Part shown: positions 23,056 to 34,179 of the stretch, piece after piece | Numbering within the stretch: the first letter of the stretch is position 1 | Layout of the letters: every line of letters begins with the position of its first letter | Origin: Chiloscyllium plagiosum | Lineage: Eukaryota | NCBI RefSeq assembly: GCF_004010195.1 | Contig: NC_057757.1 | Coordinates: 2,462,302-2,496,740 of the forward strand | DNA length: 34,439 nucleotides | Reading direction: 5' to 3' | Notes under the pieces: generated by a model | Seen by the model: only the letters and a program-made list of their open reading frames with translations | Told to the model about the DNA's origin: nothing | Databases searched by the model: none | Translations under genes and position numbers: made by a program

Positions 23056-23245
23056 GTACTGAGGGAGTGGGCACTGTCGGAGGGTCAGTGCTGAGGGAGT
23101 TGGCACTAATAGAGGGTCAGTGCTGAGGGAGTGGGCACTGTCAGAGGGTCAGTGCTGAGGGAGTGGGCACTGTCGGAGGGTCAGCGCTGAGGGAGTGCCG
23201 CACTGTCGGAGGGTCAGCGCTGAGGGAGTGCCGCACTGTCGGAGG
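23056..23245 (+). repeat. 32-bp minisatellite, about 6 copies (CTGAGGGAGTGGGCACTGTCGGAGGGTCAGTG)
   Basis: Seen directly. The unit resembles a segment of Deu-domain SINE 5' regions (inference). Confidence 0.9.
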
Positions 23246-23420
23246 GATTGTGTGTGATTCTAACTCCCCAGTCGGTGAGTTAACGCCCAGAATGCCTTTG
23301 TGCAGTAATTGTTGTGGGGACACAGTCTGTTACATCCCCAGTTCCATGTAAAAATGCAGCTGGACTTTACTGTGTAGCGTTTCCCATTTAAATCTGTGTT
23401 CCTTTCCCCATTCCCACCAG

Positions 23421-23502
23421 GCTCAGGTTCTGCACCGAATCAGAGACCCATCGGCCCCTCTATTACAGATCTGTTCCTTGGAGGAATATCTGGAGAATAT
23501 TG
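23421..23502 (+). CDS. Coding exon 5 (non-canonical GC donor proposed)
   Basis: CCTTTCCCCATTCCCACCAG| strong acceptor, LRFCTESETHRPLYYRSVPWRNIWRIL, donor TG|GCAAGA in phase 0. The 3' boundary is uncertain. Confidence 0.5.
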
Positions 23503-24147
23503 GCAAGAGTTTATTTCACTAACCCTATGCAAAGTGTTACTGCTTTTTCCAGAACAAAATGGATATGAAGTGGTTAGAGGGATATGGGCCAAATGCAGGG
23601 ATATGGGACTGGGTCAGCACTGACGAGTTGGGCCGAAGGGTCTGTTACCGTGCCTGTGACTCAGCCATATTATTAAGTGGTGCATGGGTGAATGTTAAAG
23701 CCTATATCTATTCTGATGGTGACTGTGGGAGTCTGAAACACTGCTCCAAATGTGCTGGAGCCAAACAGACAAGGTCAGAGTGTTGAGAGATATCTGAGCT
23801 GTGTCGTGGTGTTATGACTGGCCCTGCCCACACAGTCTAAAATAGCGACACTGTGTAATTCCACACTCTACGGTGTAGCAGCAGCTCACAAAAACCACGC
23901 AGGGGCAGGGCAAGCCTGTCAACTCTGACCCTGCTTTCTCCCCGTGAACTCGGACCCCCCCCCCCTCCTCCAGCACCCACAGCACCTGGGTGCCAGCTGC
24001 GCATGCAATCGCCCGGGAGCTAAAGGCGCTACAGAAATGCACGTCTCTCTTTGAAAATCTCCAGCAGCCCTTAAGTGCAGTTCAAGTAGGACCAGTCTGC
24101 AACAGGTGGTCACCGAACACCGAGGGACAGACACCTATCCACACGCT

Positions 24148-24605
24148 TAGCAAGGTTAGATCACAGGAAGAGTGAACCAACTGGGTACAAAATTGGTTTG
24201 AGGGTAGGAGACAGAGGGTGATGTGTGCCACAGGGATCAGTGCTGGGTTGACTGCTTTTCGTCATTTATATAAAATGATTTGGATGTGAACATTAGCGGA
24301 CTGGTTAGTAAGTTTGTGGATGATTCCGAAATTGGAGGGGTGGTGGATCTTATGTGAAATTGCAAGCTTTCGGAGCACTGCTCCTTCCTCGGGCATAGTC
24401 TGATAGTGAGGTATAAGTCGCAGTATTTAGAGTCATAGAGATGTACAGCGCGGAAACAAACTCTTCCACCCATGCCAGCCAGACATCCCAACCCAATCTA
24501 GTCCCATTTGCCAGCACCCGGCCCATATCCCTCCAAACCCTTCCTATTCATATAACCATCCAAGTGCCTTTGAAATGCTGTAATTGTACCGGCCTCCACC
24601 ACATC
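24148..24605. mobile_element. CR1 fragments (plus RT piece, minus 3' tail) with a small pLTR remnant
   Basis: QGSVLG.LLFVIY..KFVDDSEIGG remnant, tail at 24428-24600, degenerate hammerhead at about 24362-24395 (minus). Confidence 0.75.
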
Positions 24606-24609
24606 CTAT

Positions 24610-25142
24610 TATGAGCAAGACATAAACAACTTGAAAACTAGCTGCCCTTATTGCGTCCTTTAATCAGTGAGGAGGTAGCCTGCTAATTAAAATGTAAAAT
24701 CCAGGTTCCTTTCAAGTTGTTGTCCCCGGATAATGAAAGGTTTTAACGATGTACATGAGGTGACACCTTGCGTTAGCCAATGCACCTTTAGGTCAGCCTG
24801 GATTGGCTTGGATTGGTCATGGGAACATCAACAAACACATGGGGGTGGGGGTGTGTGTGTGTGTGCGTGTGTGAGAGAGAGTGAGTGTGTGTGTGTGTGT
24901 GTGTGTGAGAGAGTGTATCGGACACTGGGTCACCTGTAGTGGGACATGAATCCAAGGTCCAGTTGAGGCCATCCCCATCGGTACCGAACTTGGCTATCAG
25001 CCTCTGCTCGGACACTCTGCGATGTTGCTTGTCCAGAAGGCTGCCTTGGAAAATGATAACCCAAAGGACTGAGGCTGAATATCCCAGACTGATGAAGTGT
25101 TCCCCGACTGGGAGGGAACACTTCTGGCTGGTGATTGTTATG
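24610..25142 (-). mobile_element. Penelope-like element endonuclease C-terminal fragment (different family), cut by gap
   Basis: Minus strand reads VGEHF...SEQRLIAKFGT.GDGLN..LGFMSHY followed by (CA)n. Confidence 0.75.
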
Positions 25143-26029
25143 NNNNNNNNNNNNNNNNNNNNNNNNNNNNNNNNNNNNNNNNNNNNNNNNNNNNNNNNNN
25201 NNNNNNNNNNNNNNNNNNNNNNNNNNNNNNNNNNNNNNNNNNNNNNNNNNNNNNNNNNNNNNNNNNNNNNNNNNNNNNNNNNNNNNNNNNNNNNNNNNNN
25301 NNNNNNNNNNNNNNNNNNNNNNNNNNNNNNNNNNNNNNNNNNNNNNNNNNNNNNNNNNNNNNNNNNNNNNNNNNNNNNNNNNNNNNNNNNNNNNNNNNNN
25401 NNNNNNNNNNNNNNNNNNNNNNNNNNNNNNNNNTGTCAGTGTGTCTGCGTGAGAATGTGAGCGTGTGTGAGTGTGAAAATGTGTGAGTGTGAGAGTGCGT
25501 GTGTATGTGAGTGTGAGACTGAAAGACAATGAGAAGAGGTTGTACAGACAGTGCTGGCAGTGGGACCTGTGCTAAGCTGCAGACCTGTGTGTGTTTGCCA
25601 AGTTTCCAAACCTCGCGGTAGGGAGACAGGACGCTGTCTCGAATCAATCACAGCACGATGTTCCTTTCAGACTCCCCCCCCCCCCCCGAGTCACACCCAC
25701 TCCTGAAGGACAGGCTCCCGTTAATCATTGGGCTTCAATTAAACTCCCACACTTCAGATTAAAACACCTCAGCTTCTTTCCACTGTTTTAACACCAGCTT
25801 AATTATGTTACCACGGATACCATGCAACACCACCCCCCCCCCCCCAAAGCAATCTTGAATAAATTTTATTTTAATTAATTATCCTCAACAAAATGTCACA
25901 CACATTGTGATATTTTAAGGAGGGAGGAATTGCCTAAGTGGGCACAAAAACTAAAGGAGGCTATTCCACACATTGTTTCTGTGCTAGCTCTTTGCAAATA
26001 TTTCTCTGTTTACCTCCTGGGGAGGTAAT

Positions 26030-26552
26030 GATAAGGTCCTGGGGTGTGTTGCTGAACAAAGAGACCTTGGAGTGCAGGTTCACAGCTCCTTGAAAGTAGG
26101 GTCGCAGGTGGATAGGATAGGAAAGCGTTTGGTCTGCTTTCCTTTATTGGTCAGAGTATTGAGTACAGGAGTCGGGAGGTCATGTTGCGGCTGTACAGGA
26201 CATTGGTTAGGCCACTGTTGGAATATTGCGTGCAGTTCTGGCCTCCTTCCTATCGGAAAGATATTGTGAAACTTGAAAGGGTTCGAAAAAGGATGTTACT
26301 GAGAGTGGTGAGGCTGAACAGGCAGGGGCTGTTTTTCCCGGAGCGTCGGAGGCTGAGGGGTGACCTTATAGAGGTTTACAAAATCATGAGGGGCATGGAT
26401 AGGGTAAATAGACAAGGTCTTTCCCTGAGGGTGGGGAGTCCAAAACTCGAAGGGCATAGGTTTAAGATGAGAGGGGAAAGAGACCTAAGGGGCAACTTTT
26501 TCACACAGAGGGTGGTGCGTGTATGGAATGAGCTGCCAGAGGATGTGGTGGA
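26030..26552 (+). mobile_element. CR1 LINE 3' fragment
   Basis: LYRTLVRPLLEYCVQFWPPSYRKDIVKLERV..LRGDLIEVYKIMRGMDRVN..FFTQRVVRVWNELP. Confidence 0.9.
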
Positions 26553-26554
26553 GC

Positions 26555-27417
26555 AAAGAACAAAGAAAATGACAGAACAGACCCTTCGGCCCTCCAAGCC
26601 TGTGCCAATCCAGATCCTCTATCTAAACCTGTCACCTATTTTCTAAGGGTCTGTATCCCTCTGCTCCGCACCCTCTCCAAAGCATCCACATCCTTCCGGT
26701 AATCTGGTGACCAGAACGGTACGCAGTATTCCAATTGCGGCCAAACCAAAGTCATATACAACTGTCACATGACCTGGCAACCCTTGTACTCAATACCCCG
26801 TCCGATGAAGGAAAGCATGCCGTTTGCCGCCTTGACCCCCTTACTGACCTGCGTTGCCATCTTCAGGGTACAATGGACCTGAACACCCAGGTCTCTCTGG
26901 ACATCAATGTTCCCCAGGGCTTTTCCATTTACCATATAGTTCTCTCTTGAATTGGATCTTCGGAAATGCATTTGCTCTCCATCTGCCAGTTCTCCTGATG
27001 AAAGCCTTTTGCCCGAAACGTCGATTCTCCTGCTCCTCGGATGCTGCCTGACCCTGCTGTGCTTTTCCAGCACCACTCTAATCTTGACTGCCATTTCCCT
27101 CCCCAACACTCCAATCCATCTATATCCTGCTATAGTCCCCTTCACTATCTGCTACTCCGCCAATCTTAGTGTCATCTGCAAACTTGTTAATTACACCACC
27201 TATACCTTCCTCCAAATCATTTATGTATATCACAAACAACAGTGGTCCCAGTACGGATCCCTGTGGGACACCATTAATCACAGGTCTCCATTTTGAGAAA
27301 CTCCCTTCCACGACTCTCTCTGTCCCCTGTAGCCCAGCTAGTTCTCTATCCATTTCGCTAGTACACCCTGGACCCCCATGCGACTTCACCTTCTCCAACA
27401 GCCTACCATGGGGAATC
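26555..27417 (-). mobile_element. CR1 LINE RT fragment with nested Penelope pLTR (about 26990-27085)
   Basis: GVPQGSVLGPLLFVIYINDLEEGIGGVINKFADDTKIGG RT core motifs on the minus strand. Confidence 0.9.
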
Positions 27418-28289
27418 NNNNNNNNNNNNNNNNNNNNNNNNNNNNNNNNNNNNNNNNNNNNNNNNNNNNNNNNNNNNNNNNNNNNNNNNNNNNNNNNNNN
27501 NNNNNNNNNNNNNNNNNNNNNNNNNNNNNNNNNNNNNNNNNNNNNNNNNNNNNNNNNNNNNNNNNNNNNNNNNNNNNNNNNNNNNNNNNNNNNNNNNNNN
27601 NNNNNNNNNNNNNNNNNNNNNNNNNNNNNNNNNNNNNNNNNNNNNNNNNNNNNNNNNNNNNNNNNNNNNNNNNNNNNNNNNNNNNNNNNNNNNNNNNNNN
27701 NNNNNNNNNNNNNNNNNNNNNNNNNNNNNNNNNNNNNNNNNNNNNNNNNNNNNNNNNNNNNNNNNNNNNNNNNNNNNNNNNNNNNNNNNNNNNNNNNNNN
27801 NNNNNNNNNNNNNNNNNNNNNNNNNNNNNNNNNNNNNNNNNNNNNNNNNNNNNNNNNNNNNNNNNNNNNNNNNNNNNNNNNNNNNNNNNNNNNNNNNNNN
27901 NNNNNNNNNNNNNNNNNAAAGTCTGTGTTTCAACCCAAGAAATGTAACTGCTTCTATACAGAAGGCTGGAGAAACTCAGCAGGTCTACTCGCAGACAGAG
28001 AGAGAGAGAGAGAGAAACGGAGTTAACGTTTCAACTCCTAGAGACAGGAGACTCCAGACGTGATCTCTGCGTCTCCCTCAGTTGCTACCAGACTCTCTCC
28101 AGGGTTATCTGTCACTTGTTTCAGATCTGCAGCCTCCCACAGTATTTTGCTTTGAATTAAACGGCGAAAAAAAAGCATTTGCAATTCTTAAAATATTCAT
28201 TTATAGTTTGAGGGCCTAACTGGCTGGGCCAGCAGTGCTGTGGGTCTGGAGTCACGCAAAGGCCAGACCAAGTAAGGATTAGAGACAGA

Positions 28290-28835
28290 ATAAAACTGCG
28301 AAAAAAAAAACAGACAGGCAGGAGGCTGGAAGAACACAGCGTGCCAGGCAGCACCAGGGGGTGGGGAAGTCGACATTTCGGGGTGTAACACTTCTCCAGG
28401 ACTGGGGGTGGATGTAGGGGGGAGCTGCAGATAAAGGAGGTGGCGGGGTCAGGGTGGTGAAGTGGGGATAGGTGAGGACAGGTAGAGGGTACGACCTGGT
28501 TGGCCAATGGGAGGAATGGATCCAGTAGGTGGTGGGGGGGGGGGGGCTGGGAAGGGAGTTGAGGGATGGGGAGGGAGGTTATTTGAAATTGGAGAACTCA
28601 GCGTTGAGTCCTCTGGGCTCCAGACGGAAGGTGAGGTGTTGTTCCTCCAACTTGCAGTCTGGTTCGTTGTGGCAATGGAGGAGGCTGAGGGTGGTCCTGT
28701 CAGAAAGAGAGTGGGGGGAATTGAAATGGGCTGGTGACTGGGAGGTCCGGTTGGTCCCTACAGGCCCGGCTGAGATGCTTGGTGAACAGTGGCCTAAGTT
28801 CGGTCTCCCCGATATAGGGAAAACCACGCCGGGAG
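28290..28835 (-). mobile_element. Penelope-like element 3' fragment (same family as 850-1917)
   Basis: ORF 28579-28827 ends AHFNSPHS..KLEEQHLTFRLEPRGLNAEFSNFK. Mutated hammerhead at about 28369-28403. Confidence 0.85.
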
Positions 28836-28869
28836 CAGCTGAGGCCTCTTCTCCGAGTCTACTGCATCA

Positions 28870-29245
28870 TGTAGTATTTACCCCTCAAGTCTTATACAAA
28901 TCTTTCTCCTCTCATCTTAAAAAGAGTCTTGAAATTGCCCATCTGAGGGAAAAGACACCTTATCTCTGCCCCTCATGATTTTATAAATCTCTATAAGGTC
29001 AACTTCCTGCATTCCAATGAAAAACATCCCGGCCTAGCCAGCCTCCCCTTATAACTCAAACCCTCCATACCCGGCAACATCCTGGTAAATCTCTCCTGAA
29101 CCCTCTCCAGTTTAATAATCACCTTCCTATAACAGGGTGACCAGAACTGGACAGAGTTCTCCAGAAGAGGCCTCACCAATGTCCTGTACAACCCCAACAT
29201 GACGCCCCCAACTCCTGTACTCAAAGGTCTGAGTGATGAAGGTTA
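28870..29245 (-). mobile_element. CR1 LINE fragment
   Basis: LYRTLVRPLLENSVQFWSPCYRKVIIKLERVQERFTRMLPG. Confidence 0.85.
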
Positions 29246-29377
29246 AAATGCCTTCATAACCATTCCCTCTGTATCTGAACATCCACCAGAGAGAGAGAGA
29301 GCAGATAAAGCCCCAGGTTCACGCGTCCTCTGTAAGACTGCAACAGTTCAGCATTCCCCCAGTACTGCACTGGGGAG

Positions 29378-29528
29378 TGTGAGGACTGCAGATGCTGGAA
29401 ATCAGAGTCTAGATTAGAGCGGTGCTGGAAAAGCACCTGATGAAGGGCTTTTGCCCGAAACGTCGATTTTCCTGCTCATCGGTTGCTGCCCGGCCTGCTG
29501 TGCTTTTCCAGCAACACTCTAATCCAGC
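29378..29528. mobile_element. Short fold-back Penelope pLTR insertion with intact hammerhead core (29437-29464, plus)
   Basis: CTGATGA-aGGGC-tttt-GCCC-GAAA-cg-TC. Inverted arms about 29412-29436 and 29501-29524. CTGGGGAGTGTGA duplicated at 29370-29382 and 29529-29541. Confidence 0.8.
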
Positions 29529-29913
29529 CTGGGGAGTGTGACCCTAGTTTACAGCCTCAAGACCCTACATCGGGACATGAACTCCAACTCAGGTGCCAGA
29601 GGATTCACCTCCTGAATCACAGGAGGATTCTTGCTGTATCCAACCAGAACACAATGACTTTGAATCTGAAAACCCAACCTGCTGCCTCGCAGAAGCTTGC
29701 AACGCCTGTCACCAATACCCTCGGTCTTAAACAGCACATTAACCATCTGGCTTGGAGGACGTGGACCAGTTAAACCCACAGTAAAGAGACAGAAAGCTTC
29801 CCGATTGTGAAACCTTTCTGAGTCATACAAATCAACGATAAACATTTGCTTACACACATCTCCCAACTAACTTCTAACTCCTCCCAACTCTGCTGGTTCC
29901 TCCCTTTTCCAAG

Positions 29914-29927
29914 AGGTGCCCGAAGGG
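29914..29927 (+). CDS. Coding exon 6, 14-nt microexon (RCPK+GG)
   Basis: Two CTAAC branch-point motifs, a long pyrimidine tract, AAG| acceptor and GG|GTACGT donor. Converts phase 0 to phase 2 exactly as needed between exons 5 and 7. Confidence 0.5.
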
Positions 29928-30319
29928 GTACGTATCAGTTTCCGAAGGCAATCAAACACACAGTCAAAAAAAAAGGTGCATTCTCGCTGTCTATAAAAGA
30001 AGATGATGATCCTAGTGGTATTACCGTTGGAGTGTTAACCGAGAGATGAAGGTAATGGTCCTGCGAACCTGGGTTTGAATCCCACCTCAGCAGATATTGT
30101 AACCAAAAAACAAACCAGAAATACAAGTCTATTGATGGAATTAAGAGTCTAATGGTGACATTGAGTCAATTGTCAGAAAATGTGAGTGGCAGATGGACAT
30201 TGAAATGGTCATTGGATGGGCATATGGACGAGAATGGAATAGTGCAGGTTAGATGGGCTTCAGATTGGTTCCACAGGTTGGCGCAACATTTGAGGGGCCG
30301 AAGGGCCTGTACTGCGCCG

Positions 30320-31835
30320 GAATGTTCTATGGGTTTGGATAAATGTGAGGTAATGCATTTGGGTAAAGCAAAGGGCAGGACTTATACAGTTAAAAGTTGG
30401 ACCTTGGGTAGTGTTGTAAAACAGCAAGACCGAGGCGTTCAGGCACATAATTCTTTGACGTTTGTGTCACATGTAGACAGAAGGGCTAAGAAGGTGTTTG
30501 ACACGCTTGTCTTCATTGCTCAGCCCTTCGAGTACAGGAGTTGGGAGCATTATGTTGAGGCTGTACGGGACATTAGTGAGGCCTCTGCTGGAGAACTGTG
30601 TCCAGTTCCGGTCACCCTGTTATGAACTGGGCCAGACTCCCTCGACGCATGTCAAGAAAGTAGCCCAGACCTTAACTTTGCTCGTTGTTTTAAGCAGGTG
30701 TAAAGCAGATATTCCAGGAGCGATACAGCTGGCCCAACCACTTAGTTTCAAACAAAGCGGAATTTATTTGCAAGGTTACCGAGTAAAACACAAACAAAAG
30801 AGAGCAGACTGTGGAGTAACTTAACCAGTTCGAAAACCTAACAGACCATCCTGACTTAATGATGCTGTTCCAAATTCCTGCAACAATCCCCATAAACACC
30901 CCCTTGGCAGAAAAAGGTAAAATCAAATACAGGGTCTTACAGGAGAGAGAGATGGCAGTGATATTTAGCACGATTCCATGTAGCTGTTCATTTGACCAAC
31001 TGAGCAGCGGTTCTGAACAGCCAGCCTTCTAAACACCAAATCACACCAGAGACAAGCTGAGCTGGGAGAACTGGCCACTCCCCTCACGTTGTACAATTGC
31101 CTTAAACTTGAAAGCCTTTTTCCTGATGCAGTATCTGTTAGGTATGATCAAGCTAAAACCCATCCAACCCAGATGTTTCAGAATCTATGTGTTTACACAC
31201 CCTCTGGGAAAACAATCAAGGACCACATCAGCATCGTCACGGCCTGCTATCGAAGGATATTATTCAGCTGGAGATGTTTCAGAAGAGATTGACCAGGATG
31301 TTGCCGGGATTGGAAGGTTTGGGTTATAAGGAGAGGCTGGATAGGCCGGGACTTCTTTCAGGTACTGCAGATGCTGGAGATTAGAGTGTTGCTGGAAAAA
31401 CACAGCAGGTCAGGCAGCATCCGAGGAGCAGGAGAACTGATGTTTTGAGCATCAGGAATGAGGCTGGGAGCCTCCGGGTTGGAGAGATAAACAGACACTT
31501 TTCACTGGAGCGTAGGAGGTTGAGAGGTGACCTTATAGAGGTTTTTAAAATGAAGCCTGTAGATAAGGCAAATGGCAGGTGTCTTTTCCCCTGGGGTGGG
31601 GGATTTAAGTACCAGGGGGCACACTTTTATGGTGAGAGAGGAAGCTTTTCAAAAGATATGAGGCGTAGTTATTTTACACAGAGAGGGGTTTATGTGTGGA
31701 ATGAACACCCTGGGGAAGTGGTGGATGTGGGTAAAGTTACAATGTGTGAAAGATATTTGGATAAGTCCATGAACAGGAAAGGTTTGGAGGGATTTGAGTC
31801 GGGAGCAGGCAGTTGGGAACTAGTTTGGGATTATG
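30320..31835 (+). mobile_element. CR1 LINE fragment interrupted by a probable solo LTR and a Penelope pLTR (about 31362-31492)
   Basis: CR1 motifs DKCEVMHLG..., LYGTLVRPLLENCVQFRSP | (C)YRRI.., LERRRLRGDLIEVFK are continuous across the inserts. Confidence 0.85.
30618..31241 (-). mobile_element. Probable solo LTR
   Basis: About 620-bp unrelated block splitting CR1 within the SPCY codons. Termini TGTTATGA ... TCGTCACG form an imperfect TG..CA inverted pair. AATAAA on the minus strand near 30765. Confidence 0.5.
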
Positions 31836-31902
31836 GATTGGATGGGGAGGCAGGTTTTAGTATAACCTTTTCACACCCCCACTCTCTCTCTCTCCCCTTC
31901 AG

Positions 31903-32013
31903 GAAGCCAAGATTACTGCAATGGTGCACACTGAGTGTCCTGTGGATGTCTGTGGTGATTCTCATGGCGATCGGACTGGCGATCCAGACATTAGGCATCA
32001 CAGATAAAAAAAG
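31903..32013 (+). CDS. Coding exon 7, transmembrane helix; gene continues beyond
   Basis: (CT)n CCCCTTCAG| acceptor, AAG|GTGACT donor, 111 nt phase 2 to 2: KPRLLQWCTLSVLWMSVVILMAIGLAIQTLGITDKK. Confidence 0.7.
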
Positions 32014-32329
32014 GTGACTCTTCGCCTCGTTTCACCAGGGTGCGGGCAGTGGTTCAGATCCAACGTCTGCAGCCACTGAAAGGCAAAAGATTCTTGTCAT
32101 CAGGACCAACACAAGAATGCCATGTCGCCAGCAATCACAACAGTGTGTGCCGCAGGAGAAACAGGAATCAGCCTCGTTTGAAATTTGGCACTCTTGCATT
32201 TGTCCTGATGAACAGTTTTGGCAAAGTTTAAGTTCGTTAATACGAGTGACTGTTAACCTCTAAATGCTGAACATTAATGTGTGTTAACGGACTTCACAAG
32301 AAAGAGGCAACTTAAACACAGCCATTTAG

Positions 32330-32708
32330 AAACTCTACAGTGTGGAAGCAGGCCATTCAGCCCATTGAGTCCACACTGATCCTCTGACGAGCATCCCAGC
32401 CCCTACCCTATAACGCTTCATTCCCGTGGCCAATCCACCCTAACCTGCACATCCCTGGGCACTATGGGACAATTTAGCACGGCCAATCCACCCTAACCTG
32501 CACATCCCTAGGCACTATGGACAAATACCCATGGCCCATCCACCCTAACCTGCATATCTTTGGACTGTGGGAGGAAACTGGAGCACCCGGAGGAAACCCA
32601 TGCAGGCATGGGGAGAATGTACAAACTCCACACAGACAGTTGCCTGAGGCTGGAATTGAACCCGGGTCCCTGGCGCTGGGAGGCAGCAGTGCTAACCACT
32701 GAGACACT
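32330..32708 (-). mobile_element. V-SINE (HE1-like) with three copies of the internal unit
   Basis: Reverse complement of the same head, V-domain and 53-bp unit. Confidence 0.85.
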
Positions 32709-32711
32709 GTG

Positions 32712-33143
32712 CCCTCATAATTTTGTAAACCTTTATAAGGTCACCCCTCAGCCTCCGACGCTCCAGGGAAAACAGCCCCAGCCTGTTCAGCCTCTCCCTG
32801 TAGCTCAGATCCTCCAACCCTGGCAACATCCTTATAAATCTTTTCTGAACCCTTTCAAGTTTCACAACATCTTTCCGATAGGAAGGAGNNNNNNNCACTC
32901 CCTAGGACCTTACCATTAAGTGTAAAAGTCCTGCTAAGATTTGCTTTCCCAAAATGCAGCACCTCACATTTATCTGAATTAAACTCCACCTGCCACTTCT
33001 CAGCCCATTGGCCCATCTGGTCCAGATCCTGTTGTAATCTGAGGTAACCCTCTTCGCTGTCCACTACACCTCCAATTCTGGTGTCATCTGCAAACCTACT
33101 AACTATACCTCCTATGTTCACATCCAAATTGTTTATATAAATC
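32712..33143 (-). mobile_element. Young CR1 LINE fragment spanning a small gap
   Basis: YINNLDVNIGGIVSRFADDTRIGG..QMGQWAEKWQVEFNSDKCEVLHFG and YRKDVVKLERVQKRFIRMLPG. Confidence 0.9.
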
Positions 33144-34179
33144 AAGAGAGAAAATGCTGGAAAATCTCAGCAGGTCTGGCAGCATCTGGAAGGAGAGAAA
33201 AGAGCTGACGTTTCGAGACCCTTTGACCCTTTGTTTATATAAATGATTGAGTAACTGGGCCTGATGTCAAAGATTTTTTTGTTTGTTCCGGGCACCCTGC
33301 CTCAGAATGAGTTCCCCTCCGTCAACTGCTTTGACCACCTTAAACACCGTCATTTGATCATTGATAACTAACTAGGTACCAAGGGGAGATAGCGTGAACA
33401 TGGTACTGCTATCGCAGTCAGACTGATGCCTGGGGAACACTACGGCATCTTTTTTGGAAATTATTTTCAACTCGTAGATCCACAAAATGAAGATAGGGCA
33501 ACGACCATCAATTGCTGAAAATAACTCCATCGAGTCGCGCAGCACAGCAAAGGCTCTTTGGCCCGTTTAGACGTTACCAACCTATCTGCACTAATCCTCC
33601 TCACCAGCGATTGGCCCACCAAAGGACATTTTAGGTGCTCACCGACATACGGTTTAAAGACTGGAAGGCTTCTCACCTCCCAGACCGCGCTGGAGTTAGC
33701 GGTGGGGGTGGGGGGTTAGCTCACTTGGCTAGACGACGGGTTTGGGATGTAGAGTGATCCCGACATCGTGGGTTCGGTTCCCACACCCCGGCTGAAATTC
33801 CCAAGAAGGGACTCTCCGACCCAAACCTCTCCCCTTGCCGAAAGGGCATGGTAGCCCTCAGGTTAAGCCTCCAAGTGTCATCTCCTCCTATTCAGGGCTC
33901 TCTCAAACCAAGGCAACACCTTCCCCTAATGAGGGCATAGCGCTGCCTTGGTACAGTAACACTGTGGCTGCCTTACATCAGGTTATCATTCGCCCGGAAA
34001 AGCAGAGAGCTGCCCACACCAGGGAGAGATGGAAATCTCCCCTCCTTACCTGCTCTGGTCTCCATGTGGCTCCAGACCCACAGCCAATGTGGTTCACTCT
34101 TAAATACCCTTCGAAATGGCACCGAGTGAGACAGGGGGCAATTAGGTATGGCCTCATCCAGCAATACCCATGAGCATTA

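Noticed and set aside
23056..23245. CRISPR-like periodicity of 32-bp repeats
   Set aside because: Head-to-tail units with no unique spacers, no cas genes, and vertebrate context.
23974..24154. Apparent exon ...AIARELKALQKCTSLFENLQ...
   Set aside because: AAAGGCGCTACAGAAATGCA is a SINE-tail motif (its complement is near 5345-5365), and the apparent donor lies inside a CR1 fragment.
31445..32017. 190-aa ORF as a CR1-transmembrane fusion protein
   Set aside because: Chance read-through from intronic CR1 into the exon at 31903, which has its own strong acceptor.
33478..33570. Candidate next exon after 32013
   Set aside because: Stop codon in the required phase-2 frame, and the distal part resembles a reversed LINE tail.
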